DNA of 64,000 nt from Dictyostelium discoideum (GCA_000004695.1 CM000152.2:6293300-6357299); one strand, 5' to 3'; positions 1 through 13,835 are shown, numbered from the stretch's first letter. Notes: a model not told the origin generated them from the letters alone. A program made the numbers and translations.

Positions 1-127
1 TTATTTTTATTATGAAAATAAGAAATATTAAAAAAAAAGATTTAATTTGATCTAATTTTCCAGTTTCACAAATATCTTTGAATGAATTTTTTGTTGGAAA
101 AAAAAAAAAAAAAAAAAAAACAATTAA

Positions 128-468
128 CTAATTTTTGAAATTTTTATGAGAGATCATATCTTCAATGATATCGGAATCCATAGAGATATTAATTTTCTTT
201 TCTTTTCCAAGATCCTTTTCTCTTTCTCTTTCTTTTTCTCTTTCTCTTTCTCTTTCCTTTTCTTTTCTTTTTTCTCTCTCTTTTTCTTTTCTTCTTTCTC
301 TTTCCTTTTCACTCTCTCTATGAGATGGTGAGGGTGATGTTGAAGAATGTTTATTACTATTACTACTACCACTTAGAATATTGTTTTGATTATTATTGTT
401 ATTATTATTATTATGGTGATTCATAAAAATTCCTCCACTCATCATTCCATTGCTATTATTAAAATTGC

Positions 469-499
<31 letters not shown>

Positions 500-1251
500 A
501 TTATTATTATTTATATTATTATTTATATTATTATTTATATTATTATTATTATTACTATTATTATGGTTGTTGTTGCTATTATTATTATTGTTAATATTAT
601 TAATAATATTATTAATACTATTGCTATTACTGGCACTGCTACTACTATTACTACTACTTTTTCTTTCTCCTCTATCTCTTGACTTTTCTTTATCTCTATC
701 GCTTCTTTCGGATCTTTCTCTTGATTTCTCTTTATCTCTATCACTTCTATCACTTCTGTCGCTTCTTTCACCTTTATCTCTATCACTTCTTTCACTTTTA
801 TCTTTGTCACTTCTATGACTTCTATCCCTGTCCTTATCACTTCTATCTTTATCACTTCTTTCTTTTCTTTTTTCTTTGTCTCCACTACTACTGCTACTAC
901 TGCTACTGCTACTACTTTTATGATGGTGGCTTCTATCCCTATCCCTGTCTCTATCTCTATCACTTCTATCTCTATCTCTGTCTCTATCTCTATCTCTATC
1001 TCTATCTCTATCTCTATCGCTTTTATCACTCTTAATATTTACACTTCCACTTCCACCACTACTTCCATTGATTTGAATCGGAGGAGGGGGTGCCATATTA
1101 GATGAGTGAGATGAAGATGAAGTTGTATTATTTAATGGCTTGTTACCATTGTTTTTATTAATATTACTATTGTTATTATTACTATTGCTATGGTACTGTT
1201 GTTGCTGTTGCTGTTGTTGTTGTTGTTGTTGCTGTTGCTGTTGCTGTTGCT

Positions 1252-1282
<31 letters not shown>

Positions 1283-1954
1283 TTCATTACTTTGAAGTGC
1301 CGCTTTTGCATCTTCTAATTTCTTTTCTTTTTTTCTTTCAACTGATCTAACACTTGTGTAGGCAGTTGCCAATGATTTTGGAGTGATACCAGTCTCAGCC
1401 AACATATTAACGATTTTTTTGTAAAGGTTTGCTCTAGATGTTTTCTCAATTATTAAACCAGGTGGTTGTTTACCAGATTTCTCTGCTTCAATTAATAGGG
1501 TTGAATTCTTTAATTCAATGATCTCTTTATTGGTTTTAACAATCTCAAATATGATTTCCCTAGCTTCTCTACCCCAAGTGTATTCGGTTGGTTTATCTGA
1601 ACCAGCAGTGACTGCAGCAGAAACTTGTTCATTAAATTCTCTTTTAATTAATTCTTCGAATGAATTGATAAGACCATTTAATTTTTCGATGATCTTTGAT
1701 GATTTATTTTGAGTTTTTTCACCATTTTCCTCCCATGCTTTCTTTAGATGATTTCTAATAGTTTTATCTTTAATACCCCATTTCATTGATAGTCTTGCCA
1801 ATACACTACCTGGTAAAAATCCTTGTGCATTGGTTCTTCTTAACATATCATATAATTGTGCTAATAATCCACTAACTTTTCTTGGTAATAATTTAATATC
1901 ATCTTTTGCTGCCAAACCTAACAAAAATAATAATAAAAATAATAATTAGTATTA

Positions 1955-2019
<65 letters not shown>

Positions 2020-3305
2020 CTTTTTTCTATATGAATATATTTAAAAAAAGGTAATACAATACAAGAATCAATTTCAGATTCTAATTTTACAATCAAATTT
2101 TCAATCTCTGGTGATTGAATATCTAATAATACAAGTTTTGGTTTTTTATTTATACTCAAAGAATCTTCACCAATTTTTCTTTTCTTTGAGGTTGAAGATG
2201 GTGCACTTCCACCATCAGTATCTCTATCACTTTTACTACTTTGGAAATATTCTTCTTCTTCCTCTTCTACTATACCACTATTTTGATTATTATTTTGATT
2301 ATTATTATTACTAATATTATTATTAACACTATTATTACTACTACTATTATTATTAACACTATTATAGCTATTATTACTATTATTGTTATTATTATTATTG
2401 TTATTGTTAATATTATTATTATTATTATTATCATTTTCAGTATCATTATCAATACTATTATTAGCATCATCGTCAACATCTTCTTTATAAGGATTATTTA
2501 AGCTTTGTTTTCTATATTCATCATAATCATCATCCTCTTCATCTTCATAATCTTCATCATAATCCTCATAATAATCGAGTGGTCTTTCTTTATGAGAGAT
2601 ACTACCTTGGTTAACAAAGAATCCACCAAAGCTAGTTTCTAAATCTGCATCAAACTCTTGTACCTCTTCATCGTCTATGAATGAATCATCGTCATCATAT
2701 TGATCCTCTGAAGAGGGTGAATCATCTTCATTGTAATTAATTGCTGAGCCTAATGTATTAATACGTTCAATTTTATCAATAACCTGTGTAAGTCTATTCT
2801 TTGGTTTCAATTGAGTCATTAGTTCTTTTTCAATTTCAAAACTTTCTTTCAAATCATTTGGTGCACCTGGTGCTCTATAAAAACCACTATTAATCTTTGT
2901 TTTGTTTTGCTCTTGAATATGCTTTTTAATCAATTCCTTATAATCTACATCTCCTCTTAAACTTTTTAAATTTACTTCAAATCTCATTGTTTTTAGTGTT
3001 GGTGCTGTTGCTGTTGTCGTTGTTGTTGCTGTTGTTGTTGTCGTAGTTGTTGCTGTTGCTGTTTTTGTTGTCGTGGCTACTTGTGTTTTATTGGTTGATT
3101 GTCCAATAGAATTTGGTGTTGTTGTTGCTGAAGCTGTTGTCATTGATGTTATTGGTGTAGTTGGTGTAGTTGGTGTGGTAGTGGTATTATTTGTTGATGT
3201 TTTTGGTGATCCATTTAATGATGTTGATGAAGATGATGTTAATTCTCCTATTGTTAATGTATCATTACAATTTGATACTATATCTTTTTTATTATTATTA
3301 TTATA

Positions 3306-3338
<33 letters not shown>

Positions 3339-3461
3339 GTTATTATAGTTATTGTTATAATTATTATTGATATTATTATTAATATTGCTATTATTTCTTG
3401 GTGGGGATGACCTAGTCTCCATTGCATCATCCAATTCAATGAAAATTCTTTCTTCAGACAT
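128..3461 (-). CDS. Low-complexity nuclear protein with two exons (3461..2063 and 1917..128, intron about 145 nt). It has an acidic Hpc2/ubinuclein-like 'DSFIDDEE' segment, polyN/polyQ tracts and an RD/RS-type repeat tail.
   Basis: Two long minus-strand ORFs (1899..3461 and 128..1924) lie in different frames. They are joined by a donor TCT T|GTATTG at 2063/2062 and an acceptor TTAG|GT at 1918/1917, which makes a split TGT codon. The 'M' at 1924 in the ORF track is a TTG, not a start. The ATG at 3461 follows an A-rich leader. The acidic block 'DDSPSSEDQYDDDDSFIDDEEVQEF' resembles the HUN (Hpc2/ubinuclein) motif. The C-terminus is DRDRDR/SDRDKE repeats encoded by a compositionally biased region whose opposite strand is also open. 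Confidence 0.5.
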
Positions 3462-4210
3462 CTTTAATATATTTTGGACTTTATCTATATATTCAAGTAT
3501 CTTTTTTTATATTTTTTTTTTTTTTTTTTTAAAAATCTTTTTTTTTTATTGAAATATAAACTATTTTTAAGTTTTATGATTTTGTGAAAATAAAAATAAA
3601 AATAAAAAAATATATTTAAAGATAAAAAAAAAAAAAAAAAAAAAAAAAATTTTGGTGTGATAAAAAATTTATATGTATAAATTAAACAAATAAAAAAAAA
3701 AAAATAAACCTCACCAATGTGTCGGTTGTTTTGGTCAAAAATTAAAAAAATTAAAAAAAAAAAAAAATTTTGTCAATATTTAAATTAAATTTATCCAAAA
3801 AAAAAATAAAAAAAAAAAAAAATAAAAAAAAAAATAAATAAAAAAAATTAATTTTGGAATTAAAACCAAGAAAAACAAAATTTTTTTCCACAAATTATTG
3901 AAGTTCAAAATTTAAATCAAATTTATTTATTTTAAAAAATAGGGGATTAATATAGTAAAAAAGTTTTTATAAATTGATATATATTTATATACATTTATTT
4001 TTAAGGTAATTAATAGGTCATTCAATAATTATTTTTTTTCATTAAATTGTTTGGTAAAAGAAATGAAAAAAAATAAAAAAATAATAAAAAAACAAAAAAT
4101 TTATTTTTTAGGAATCCTTTAAAAATTTATTATATTATGCTTATAAAATAAATAAAAAAGAATAAATTTATTTTAACAATAAAATAAATCAATAGAAATT
4201 TGTGGGTGGT

Positions 4211-4244
<34 letters not shown>

Positions 4245-4515
4245 CAATTTTTTTATTTTTAATTTTTTTTTTTTTTTTCATTTTCTTTTTTTTTTTTTTT
4301 TTTTTGATTTAAAAATCAAAAAAGAAAGCGGCATTATCAAATCTTAATTTGTAATATATATTTATATTATTTATTTGTTTGTTTGTTTTTTTTTTTTTTT
4401 TTTTTTGGGGGGAAAAAAAAAAAAATTAACAAAAAAATAAAAAAAATAAAAAAAAAAAAAAGAAATATATAATATACAATTGTTTATTTTAATTAATAAA
4501 TAAATTATAATATTA

Positions 4516-4555
<40 letters not shown>

Positions 4556-4557
4556 AA

Positions 4558-7500
4558 ATGAATGGATGGGGAGAAAGTGACGAGATAGAAGATTTTGACC
4601 CAGAAGCAGATTTAAAACAACAACCATCACAAAAACATCAACAACAACAACAACAACAACAACAACAAAAATCATCAACAACAACAACAACCACTACAAC
4701 AACTAAAATGAATGGTCATAATAATAATAATAATGGTGGTGGTGGTGGACATAAAAGACAACTTTCATTCAATCAATTAATGGATTCTATTTCAGGTACA
4801 TTACCATTTCAATTAGATATGAATAATGGTACTAGTAATAGTAGTAGCAGTAATAGTAATAATAATAATAATAATAATAGAACCAATACACCAATTAATA
4901 GAATATTTAGTAGTACAAATAGTTTAGAAGAATTACAAAATGGTATGATGATGAATGGTGGTGGTGGACAATCAACACCACCAATAATAAATAATAATAA
5001 TAATAATATAAATGGTCTCAAACAATCACAAGATTATGGTGAAACATTAAAAGAGATGATTAAAACAATTGAAAATTATAAGAAAGAAAACTTTGATTTA
5101 AAGATGCGTATATTTTATATGGATAGTAGTTTATCGATGACTAGTGAAGAAAAAAATATGTTTCAACAAAATATTGATTTAAAAGTTCAATTGGATGAAA
5201 AAACCAAACAATTGGAAGAGAGGGATAATGTAATTGTAAAATTGGATAAAGTGAATCAAGTTTTAAAAGAGAAATTAGAAAAACAAAAACAAAAAGAAGA
5301 GAAATTAAAAAATGAAATTGATCAATTATCAAATATAATTTCAAATCAAAATGATAAAGATAAAGATAAAGATAAGAAAAATAAAGATAACCAATCATCA
5401 TCATCATTACAACAACAACCACAACTACCACAACAACAACAAGTTGTAATTCAATATACAAAAGATCCAGAAGATAAAGATAAAATCATTCAACAACATA
5501 ATATAATTGAAGAATTAAATCATAAAATTGATGGATATGATGATGAGATTAAAGATTTGAAGAATCAAATTTTAAACGCAAATCAAGAATTAAAGAATCA
5601 AAAAAAGAATAATGAAAGATCACAAAAACAATTGGAGGATTCGTTAAGGGAGCAAAGAGCTATTGAACAAGAGATATTGGATAAGAATCAGGAATTACAA
5701 TCGATAAATTTAGAATTAAAGCATAGATTGGATAGATTGAATAATGAATTGGGTGAACAGAATCAATTGGATTCTCAAGAGATTGAACAATTGGAAAAGG
5801 ATTTAAAATCTACTAGATTGAAATTGGAGCAATTGAAAGGTCATTATGAACGTTTGAAACAGCATTATGAGGAATTAAAGAAACATTATGATGAACAGTT
5901 GGACACCATTGAGCAGTTAAAAAACTCGATTTTAGCTTACGAGAATTTACTAATTGAAAAGGATCATGAGATTCAATGCATCTTTGAACAACATCAACAA
6001 GAACTAATACAAATTCAAAACGATCATCAAAAGGCACTTGCTAATAAGGTTGGTGAGATCACAGAATTGCGTTCACAAATCAAGAGAATTCGTGAAGAAT
6101 TCTATGCATCCTCATTGGAAACTCAGCATAGTCAAGCGATTCACGAAAATTATAAACAAGAGATACAAACACTCTCTATGGATATTTCTAAATTGCATCA
6201 ATCCAATCAGGATTTAGAGTTACAATTACATTCTAAAACTATTTTAATCAATGATTATGAGAGAGCGTTGAGTAATTTAGAGAATACTCATAAGGAGTTG
6301 GTTGATGATGTTCAAAAGAAATTACATGAATTTACAATTCAAGCTGATCAACATCAAAAGGAGAAAGATGATTATCGTTTAATTGCATCGGAATTGGTTG
6401 TTGTTAAAAATCAATTAAAAGAATTAAGAGTGGATTATCAAAAATTGGAACAATTAAAACAACAACAATCCGATCAACAACAACAACAATTGATTGACCA
6501 AAAACAATACCAACAACAACAATTTGAACAACAAAAACAAAAATCTGATCAAGAGAATCAACAAAAGTTAATTACTATACAAAAACAAACCTCAAAACAA
6601 TTATTAGATCAAGAAACACTATATAAACAACAATTGGATAAATTGGAGGATACTTATCTATCGAAATTGAATAATCAAAATTCAAATAATCATCAAAAAA
6701 CTGAAACTTTTATTAAAGAGATGAAAGAGAATTATCAACAACTTCATCAAAAGAATATTTTAAATTTCTCAACAACTTTGATAACTATATTATCAACTAT
6801 TTCAAATACATTAATACCTTCAGTTTTGGCTAATCAACAACAACAGCAATTGCTATTCGATGAGAAGGAAGATCTACAAAATTATATTAAAAAATTAAAT
6901 AATAATATCAATGATTCAACAATAACTGATCTTCAAGAATTAATTTCATTAAAGATTGAAGAATGTAAACAATTGAATCAACGTGAATTTGATAATGGTC
7001 TTGTTAAAATTGAGAATGATTTCAATCAACGTTATCAACAATTATCAATACTATTGGATGAGAAATCAATGTTATTGGATCAATTGGAGACACAATTGGT
7101 CGAGGCTAAACAATTGACAACTCAAAATCAATTGATTGGTCAAGAACAACTTCAACAACAATATCAACAACATTTACAAACTTTTAAACTTCAAATTCAA
7201 CAACTTCAAGATCAACTCATTCAAAATAGAAGACAATATCAACAATCATTTGATGATCAAGTTAAACAACTCTCTCAATTTAATCTTGAAAATAAACATT
7301 TAGATCAATCAAATAAACAATTACAACAAAAGTTACAACAACAAATTACAATTTTAAATCAACAACATCAAATGGAATTACAACAACAATATCAACAATA
7401 TCAAAGAGAAATTTATCAAATTCAACAACAATTTAAAAATTTAAATAAATTAAATAATAATAATTCAACTACTACAACAACAACAACTTCATCATCATCC

Positions 7501-7994
7501 TCATCATCATCGTCATCAAATAATATTAATAATAATATTATTAATAATTCAATTGGTAATAAAAGAACACATGAAGATTTACAAACTGTATCAATATCAG
7601 ATTTTGATGATGATAGAAATACTAAACTTGTTAAAAAAGAGAATCCAAAAGAAATTAAAGAGATTAAAGATAAAGATTGGGTAAAGAATACTATTGATAA
7701 TTTATTAAAATTAGATAAAGAGACTAAAGAATTAAAAGATCATATTAAAAAGATTGATGATGATATTAAAACAAAGAAAACTTCACTTCCACCAAAATCA
7801 ACTTTGGCAAATGATCAAAAACAATTATTTCCACCACAACCAAAAGAACCAAGACCATCTCAAATCTCTTCATCTTTAATAACTTTAAATCCTGATATCA
7901 TTAAAAATCAAGTGAATTCTTTAGCTCAAATTTTACAATCTTCAACAATTGGTGATAAATATGAAATTTCTCATGATGTAAGTTTTTCCCCAAG

Positions 7995-8037
<43 letters not shown>

Positions 8038-8297
8038 ATACTAATTGGTTAAAATTTTTAAATTTTTAGTTTTTAGTTAATATTAATGAACTTTTTAAAG
8101 AATTACGTTTACATAATCAATTATTATCTTATGAGTTTGATTCAAGAAATAATAAATACAAATCTTTAATAAATGATATAAAAGAAAAAAAACTTAAATC
8201 AAGTAAATCTTCTTCCTCCTCTTCAGCAACAACAACAACAGCAACAACAAACACATCAAGTAGAGCTATTAAACCAACTGCAAAACCAAATGAAAAC

Positions 8298-8375
<78 letters not shown>

Positions 8376-8795
8376 CCAAATAACCAACAACGAATCAACG
8401 ATCAAACCAAATCAATGTACATACAACCTTCATTGCAACCATCCAATAATAAACAACAACAACAAAAATCAGTTTCATCATCAACAACTACTGTTTCCAA
8501 GAACTCGTTAAATAAACCAATTGAAAATGTTAAATCATTAAATCAATCACAAATTCAACAACAAAAACAAACAACTACGACAACAACAACAACTACAAAT
8601 ACGACTAGAACTCAACAACAACAGCATCACCAATCGAAAGAAAATATTATCAATAGTAATGATATAAGATTAAGTGTTGAACCATTACATAAGGATCTTC
8701 ATATTAAAGAAACTCCTTATATTAAATTGGAAAACTCTCAAAAAATTGAAACTATTAACAAACAATTAAATTTACTTAAACAACAAATAAAATAA
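4558..8795 (+). CDS. Long Q-rich coiled-coil protein of about 1380 aa, exons 4558..7977 and 8070..8795.
   Basis: The 1164-aa ORF ends in a read-through of the intron: CAT GAT|GTAAGT at 7978. The acceptor TTTTTAG at 8069 restores a frame with no stop through a (CAA)n polyQ tract to the TAA at 8795. Heptad-rich sequence (LEEL.., KNQ..) is typical of coiled coils. The rest is polyQ/polyN/polyT low complexity. Confidence 0.7.
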
Positions 8796-9136
8796 TTATA
8801 AATGAAATATATTTTCATTAGGTTAAAAAAAAAAAAAAAAAAAAATGTTTAATAAAATTATAAATCTTTTTTTTTTTTTTTTTTTTTTTGATTGGATAAT
8901 GCAATTGCAAGTTGCTTCTCCTTGAAATACTTGTTTTCATTTCCAAAAAAAAAAAAAAAAAAAAAATAACAAAAAAAGAAAATTTAATGTCGTGAATCTA
9001 ATTTTATTTTCAGTCTTTTTGAGACACGATGCTTATTGCAAAGTAATATTAAACTAAAAAAAAAAAATAATGTTAGCATCAAAATTTATTTAATTTTTGA
9101 AAATGATAAATATTTAACCTTACTATTGTTTCACTT

Positions 9137-10010
9137 GTGTGTTCACACAACCAAGTTCTTTGTTCTTTCGGATTGGTCAATGCTATTGATTTTTTATCAG
9201 TGGGATTGACAGTTACATTTCGGTACAAGAATTGGTTGGGACTAGTTGAGTTGATTGTGATAGTAAAGTTATTAAAATTAAACCTGGCAATTATCCTGCG
9301 TTATGACACAATGCTTGGTGGCAATCATTTACATTTAATAATATTATGCAATCATGGGCGAAAGTTGGTTTCCTCAAATTTGACATGTTTAATATCATTG
9401 ATGAACGTTTTTTAAATATGAATGCGCCAATTTTGAAAAGTAGATACAAATGTACAATGCTAAAGTTTCCTTCAAATACAACTAATGTTTTGCAGCCGTT
9501 AGATAGCGTTGTCTTCTCATCATTTATAGCACAAATGAACACTTATTGATAGAGTATAAAATAAAATTAATTATATATATTAGTATATTATTTTATATTA
9601 TATATGTATTATAAAACTATTGAATTATACATACCAAACCAGAATTGATAATAAATACATTGCCAACAGACACAGGGAATTCTAGATTTGATTCCTGTAT
9701 CTGCTGCCAAATCAAGCCTCCAGTCATCATAAATTGAATCATGTGGTTTACCAACACGTTCAGTACAGTTACTTAATCATTTATAACATAGTCACGTATT
9801 TTTATTTTTAGAAGTATGAACTTAAGATATACACCAGATAGAATTAATAAAATTCATTCTGAAAAGGTTGGTGAATGTATAATGGAAAAGATAATAAATC
9901 TACTCAATAAGAACCTATTTGGAATTTCAAGAAGTTTTATTGGTAGATTTATCAACTCTGGTATTGTGGAATCACGTGAAAGAATACTTTCATTGGTAAA
10001 CCAAAAAAAA
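9137..10010 (+). mobile_element. Degenerate pogo/Tigger-like (Tc1/mariner superfamily, DDE_1) DNA-transposon fragment.
   Basis: ORF 9346..9549 contains 'KFPSNTTNVLQPLDSVVFSSF'. This is the diagnostic third-Asp block of DDE_1 transposases (..LPPNTTSxLQPxDQGVIxxFK). An upstream piece lies in another frame (9137..9415), and a possible C-terminal piece (9816.., '..RSFIGRFINSG') in a third frame. The island is GC-richer than the flanks and ends in an A-run near 10003. The frames are broken, so this is a relic. Confidence 0.5.
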
Positions 10011-10111
10011 AAAAAAAAAACTAAATTGTTAAAAGATAAGATTTATTTATTTTTTTGTTTTTTTTTCAAAAAAAAAAAAAAATTAAAAATAAACAAGATC
10101 TCTTACTTTTA

Positions 10112-10157
<46 letters not shown>

Positions 10158-10319
10158 TCTAAATATCTCTTAATATAACTTAAAAAAAAAATAATAATTA
10201 ATTTTAAAAATATTTATAAATAAACGATTTCTTAAGAGGGGTTGCTTTAACTGTTCTAATTAAGAAAGTTGAAAACGACGTTTTTAAAAATATATTTTAA
10301 TTTTAATTTTTAAAAAAAA

Positions 10320-10355
<36 letters not shown>

Positions 10356-10439
10356 CAACCTACCGAAAAAAAAAGGCGAGAAAAATTTTTAGTCTTGTAT
10401 CCTTTATCGTATCATATACACAGAAAAAGTTATCACAGA

Positions 10440-11349
10440 ATGAGAGTTTTCAAAGATATTGGTAGGTTTATATATTAATTTATTATCAATTTAACAAGAT
10501 TAACACAAATAGATAAAGATTGAAGAAATTCTTCAAGTTAAAGAAAAAAAAAAAAAAAAAGGAGATAATAATATAAATTTATACAAATATATAAAAAAAA
10601 GAAATACTAACTCTTTCTTTTTTTATTATTATTTTTTTTTTATTTTTTTTTTTATTTTTATTTTTTTTAAATTATAATATATATTATATTATTATTTTAT
10701 TTTTTTTTATTTATTTATTTTTAAAATAAAAATATTAAATAGTTGGTTATTCACATGATGAATTATGCTCAGATGCCTACCCAATGACTGAAATCAACAA
10801 TGGTTTAATCTATGAAGTCCAAGCTAAAATGGTCACCATTGATTTAGATGTTAAAGTTAACACTGGTGCCAACGCTGCTTCTGAAGAAACCGAAGAAGAT
10901 GAAGGTGTTGATAATGCTGGTAGCAAACAAGTTATCAACGTTGTTGATGCTATGAGACTTGTTGAAACCTCATTCGATAAAAAATCCTACACTGGTTACA
11001 TTAAAGCTTACATGAAGGAAGTTCTTGCCAAACTCGCTGACAATAACCCAAGCCGTGTTGACGCCTTCAAAAAGGATGCCGCTGATTTTGTCAAATCAGT
11101 TCTCGGTAAATTCGACGAATACAAATTCTACACTGGTGAAAATATGGATGCTGATGGTCATGTCGCTTTAATGTACTACAAACCAGGTGAAGTTGATCCA
11201 ATCTTTTTATACTTCAAAGGTATGTTATTTAATTTAATATTTTCTAAAAAAAAAAAAAAGAAAAAGAAAAAAAAAAAAAATCAAATTCTAATTTTATTTA
11301 TTTTATTTTATTTGGAAATATAGACGGTTTAGAATCAGTTAAATATTAA
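10440..11349 (+). CDS. Translationally controlled tumour protein (TCTP/p23/fortilin), 174 aa, three exons (10440..10461, 10743..11219, 11324..11349).
   Basis: Exon 1 is ATG AGA GTT TTC AAA GAT ATT G|GTAGGT. Exon 2 follows the acceptor AAATAG|TT and gives 'VGYSHDELCSDAYPMTEINNGLIYEVQAKMV...LVETSFDKKSY...FKKDAADFVKSVLGKFDEYKFYTGENMDADGHVALMYY', which matches both TCTP family signatures. Its donor is AAA G|GTATGT. Exon 3 (ATATAG|AC GGT TTA GAA TCA GTT AAA TAT TAA) gives '..FLYFKDGLESVKY*', matching the TCTP C-terminus 'FFKDGLEMEKC'. Confidence 0.9.
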
Positions 11350-11637
11350 AATAATTTTTTCAAAGTGTTATAATAAATGGTCTTATAAAAATAAAAAAAA
11401 AAAAAAAAAAATATCAATTTTAAATGTGTGTTTATATTTTTATTATTATCATTGAGATTTTTACATTTCTATTATTTTAATTTATTTTTAAAAAAGTATT
11501 TCTCAAAAAATGTTTTATTTATATACCCACAAATAAAATTTTTTTTTTTTTTTTGAATTTATTTTTTATTTTTTTTATTTTTTTATTTTTCATTTTTTCT
11601 TTTTTACCTTTTTCTCATATGAAAAGAAAAAAAAAAT

Positions 11638-12001
11638 ATGAATACATCTAATATAATTAAAAATAATAAATCAAGAGAAGGTTTTAAAAGAAATAATAAT
11701 AATAATAATAATAATAGTTTTGATGCAACCAGTGTTAAACAATTACCAACAACATCAGATGAATTAAGGTATAAACACTACTTTGGAGAGTATTTAGGAT
11801 ATGGAGTGAAAATCATTGATTATGAACAAGGATTAGATTTATATAAACATGGTTCATATGGTAAAGGTATATTATCAAGAAGTTTTCCAATATTTGATAA
11901 TATTAAAAATTCTTCAATAACTGGTTCTGGTTTTCATATTAAAAAAAAAGATAAATTAAATAATAAAAGACCAAGAGATTTTAATAATAATAATGAAAAC
12001 C

Positions 12002-12052
<51 letters not shown>

Positions 12053-12459
12053 CTTCAACAACAGAAAATACAAATGTTTTAGAAGAGGAAAGAGTTATAA
12101 AACAACAAAAAACAACTCATTTAGAGAATCAAGATAATATTAAAATTGATGAAAATAAAATTGAAAATGAAGAAAACCTATTACCAACATCAACATCATC
12201 ATCACCACCAAATACAGAAAAAGTTGAATATTTACAACTAAGTTTATGTGAAGCATTTTATTTAATTTATTCATTAGGTTGTTTAACAATTTTAAGGAGA
12301 CCAAACTCATCTGATAAAATTATTAAAACTAATGATATAGATACAAATAAAAAAACAATGGTTAAAGTAAGAAAATTCATTTTAATATCTCATTATGTTT
12401 TGTTTTTTTTATTTTTTTATTATAGAATGTATATTCTAAAAATAATTTTCACTTTTTTA

Positions 12460-12499
<40 letters not shown>

Positions 12500-12849
12500 T
12501 GACAATCCAAGAATGTTGGAAAGAATTTCAAACAATTGAAAGTTCATTTATTTCAAAATATATTACATATCATTATTTTAGATCATTAGGTTGGATTCCA
12601 AGATCAGGTATAAAGTATGGTTGTGATTATATCCTATATAAATTAAAACCAGATTTAATACATGCACAATATGGTATTATCATTCAAAATAGAAATGAAC
12701 AATCCACAAATAATAATGATAATAATAATAATAATAATGGTGAAATCAATAGTAATCAACCTTTATTTGATGAAAGTAGTGGTAATAGAATTATTCAATC
12801 ATGGGATGAATTATCAGGTATAAATAGAGTATCTGAATCTGTAGCAAAG
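11638..12849 (+). CDS. tRNA-splicing endonuclease subunit Sen54 homologue, exons 1-2 (11638..12366 and 12499..12849). The gene probably continues into a downstream terminal exon.
   Basis: 'YLQLSLCEAFYLIYSLGCL' aligns to the Sen54 'EEALYLLECGS' block. 'YITYHYFRSLGWIPRSGIKYGCDYILYK' aligns to the endonuclease-family 'Y.VF.HLKRLGYVVR.G.KFG.DFLLY' block. The donor AAA|GTAAGA at 12367 and acceptor AAAG|ATG at 12498 bound an intron of 132 nt. This is a multiple of 3, which is why the ORF track reads straight through it. A second donor AAG|GTAAGG sits at 12850. Confidence 0.6.
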
Positions 12850-12940
12850 GTAAGGTTTATAACAATAATGAATTTTTTTTTCCTAAAAAAAAAAAGTTGG
12901 TCGATTTTCTTTTTTTTTTTTTTTTATTTAGGTTTTAATT

Positions 12941-12948
12941 TTATTTTT

Positions 12949-13012
<64 letters not shown>
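12941..13012. repeat. Uninterrupted poly(T) tract of about 70 nt inside the putative Sen54 intron.
   Basis: Directly visible homopolymer. Confidence 0.9.
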
Positions 13013-13015
<3 letters not shown>

Positions 13016-13334
13016 TTTAATCACAATAGCGCTTTCACAAAAAAAAGTTTTTTTATAATTTTTTCGCTATTTTTATTTTTATGATGCAACAAAAAAAGCT
13101 GCAAATATTTTCATTTAAAAAAAAAAAAAAAAAAAAAATTGTAGAAGCAGATTTGGAGTCGTGCAATAATAATGTGAATAAGGCTTCAATACTTTATATT
13201 AAGTTTGTTTGTAAAGGGTCATTTTTTTATCATATTACACTTCTATTTTTTGGTGAAGGGTAAGAAAAAAAAAAAAATTTTTTTACCATTTGTTGTTGTC
13301 ACTAATTATTTTGTGGTAAAAAAAAAAAAAAAGA

Positions 13335-13366
<32 letters not shown>

Positions 13367-13721
13367 AAAGAAAAAAAAAAAAACAAATAATTAAAAACAA
13401 TAGTTTATAAATAGATTATATTTTTTTTATTTTTTTTTTTTTATTTTTATAACTTTATTTTTATTGTTTTATTATCATTTCCGATAAAATTGTGATTTTA
13501 TGCAAAAGGGTTGAATTTTCAGATTTTTTTTTGAAAAGTGGTGATGTGGTCAGAAAATTTTTTTTTTAAAAAATTATTTACACATAATCATAAATGATGA
13601 TTTTTTGGCGACACCAAAAAAAAAAAAAAAAAAAAGAAAATAATAATTAAAAATTAAAGAAAAAAAGAGATAATTAAACCTTTATTATTGTTTATTTTTG
13701 TTTTTTTTTTTTTATTTTTTT

Positions 13722-13830
13722 CTTTTTTTTTTTATTCCAAACTCTTTAAATTACTAATTATTGTTTATTTTTGGTTTTTTTTTTTTAATTTTTTTTTTTT
13801 TTTAATTTTTTATTCCAAACTCTTTAAATT
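13722..13830 (+). repeat. Tandem duplication of about 75 bp. Each copy carries 'TTCCAAACTCTTTAAATTACTAA', a TACTAAC branch-point-like motif.
   Basis: Near-identical copies start at about 13735 and 13810. The second lies about 60 nt upstream of the AG at 13878-13879. Confidence 0.6.
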
Positions 13831-13835
13831 ACTAA

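Noticed and set aside
154-1035. Several ORFs on both strands overlapping the 3' part of the first gene, with poly-Ile, EIEIEI and poly-Leu translations.
   Set aside because: These are shadow frames of the RD/RS and polyQ repeat region. Their compositional bias keeps both strands free of stops. Only the minus-strand frame that continues the spliced gene is credible.
1922-1924. The ORF track shows 'M' starts at 1924, 34637, 31849, 57314, 57930, 60104 and 38085.
   Set aside because: The underlying codons are TTG or GTG. Reading frames continue upstream, and the real starts are ATGs in upstream exons for three of these (3461, 35217, 56911/59057). Therefore I do not treat them as initiation sites.
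8129-8398. Minus-strand ORF with a poly-Cys run (CCCCCC...).
   Set aside because: It is the reverse complement of the (CAA)n polyQ tract of the coiled-coil gene's second exon.
13205-13390. Short ORFs made of poly-Lys or poly-Phe, for example 13205..13390, 4505..4690, 19824..20102, 30090..30299 and 49703..50001.
   Set aside because: They are translations of A/T homopolymers or AAT repeats in intergenic or intronic DNA and are not genes.
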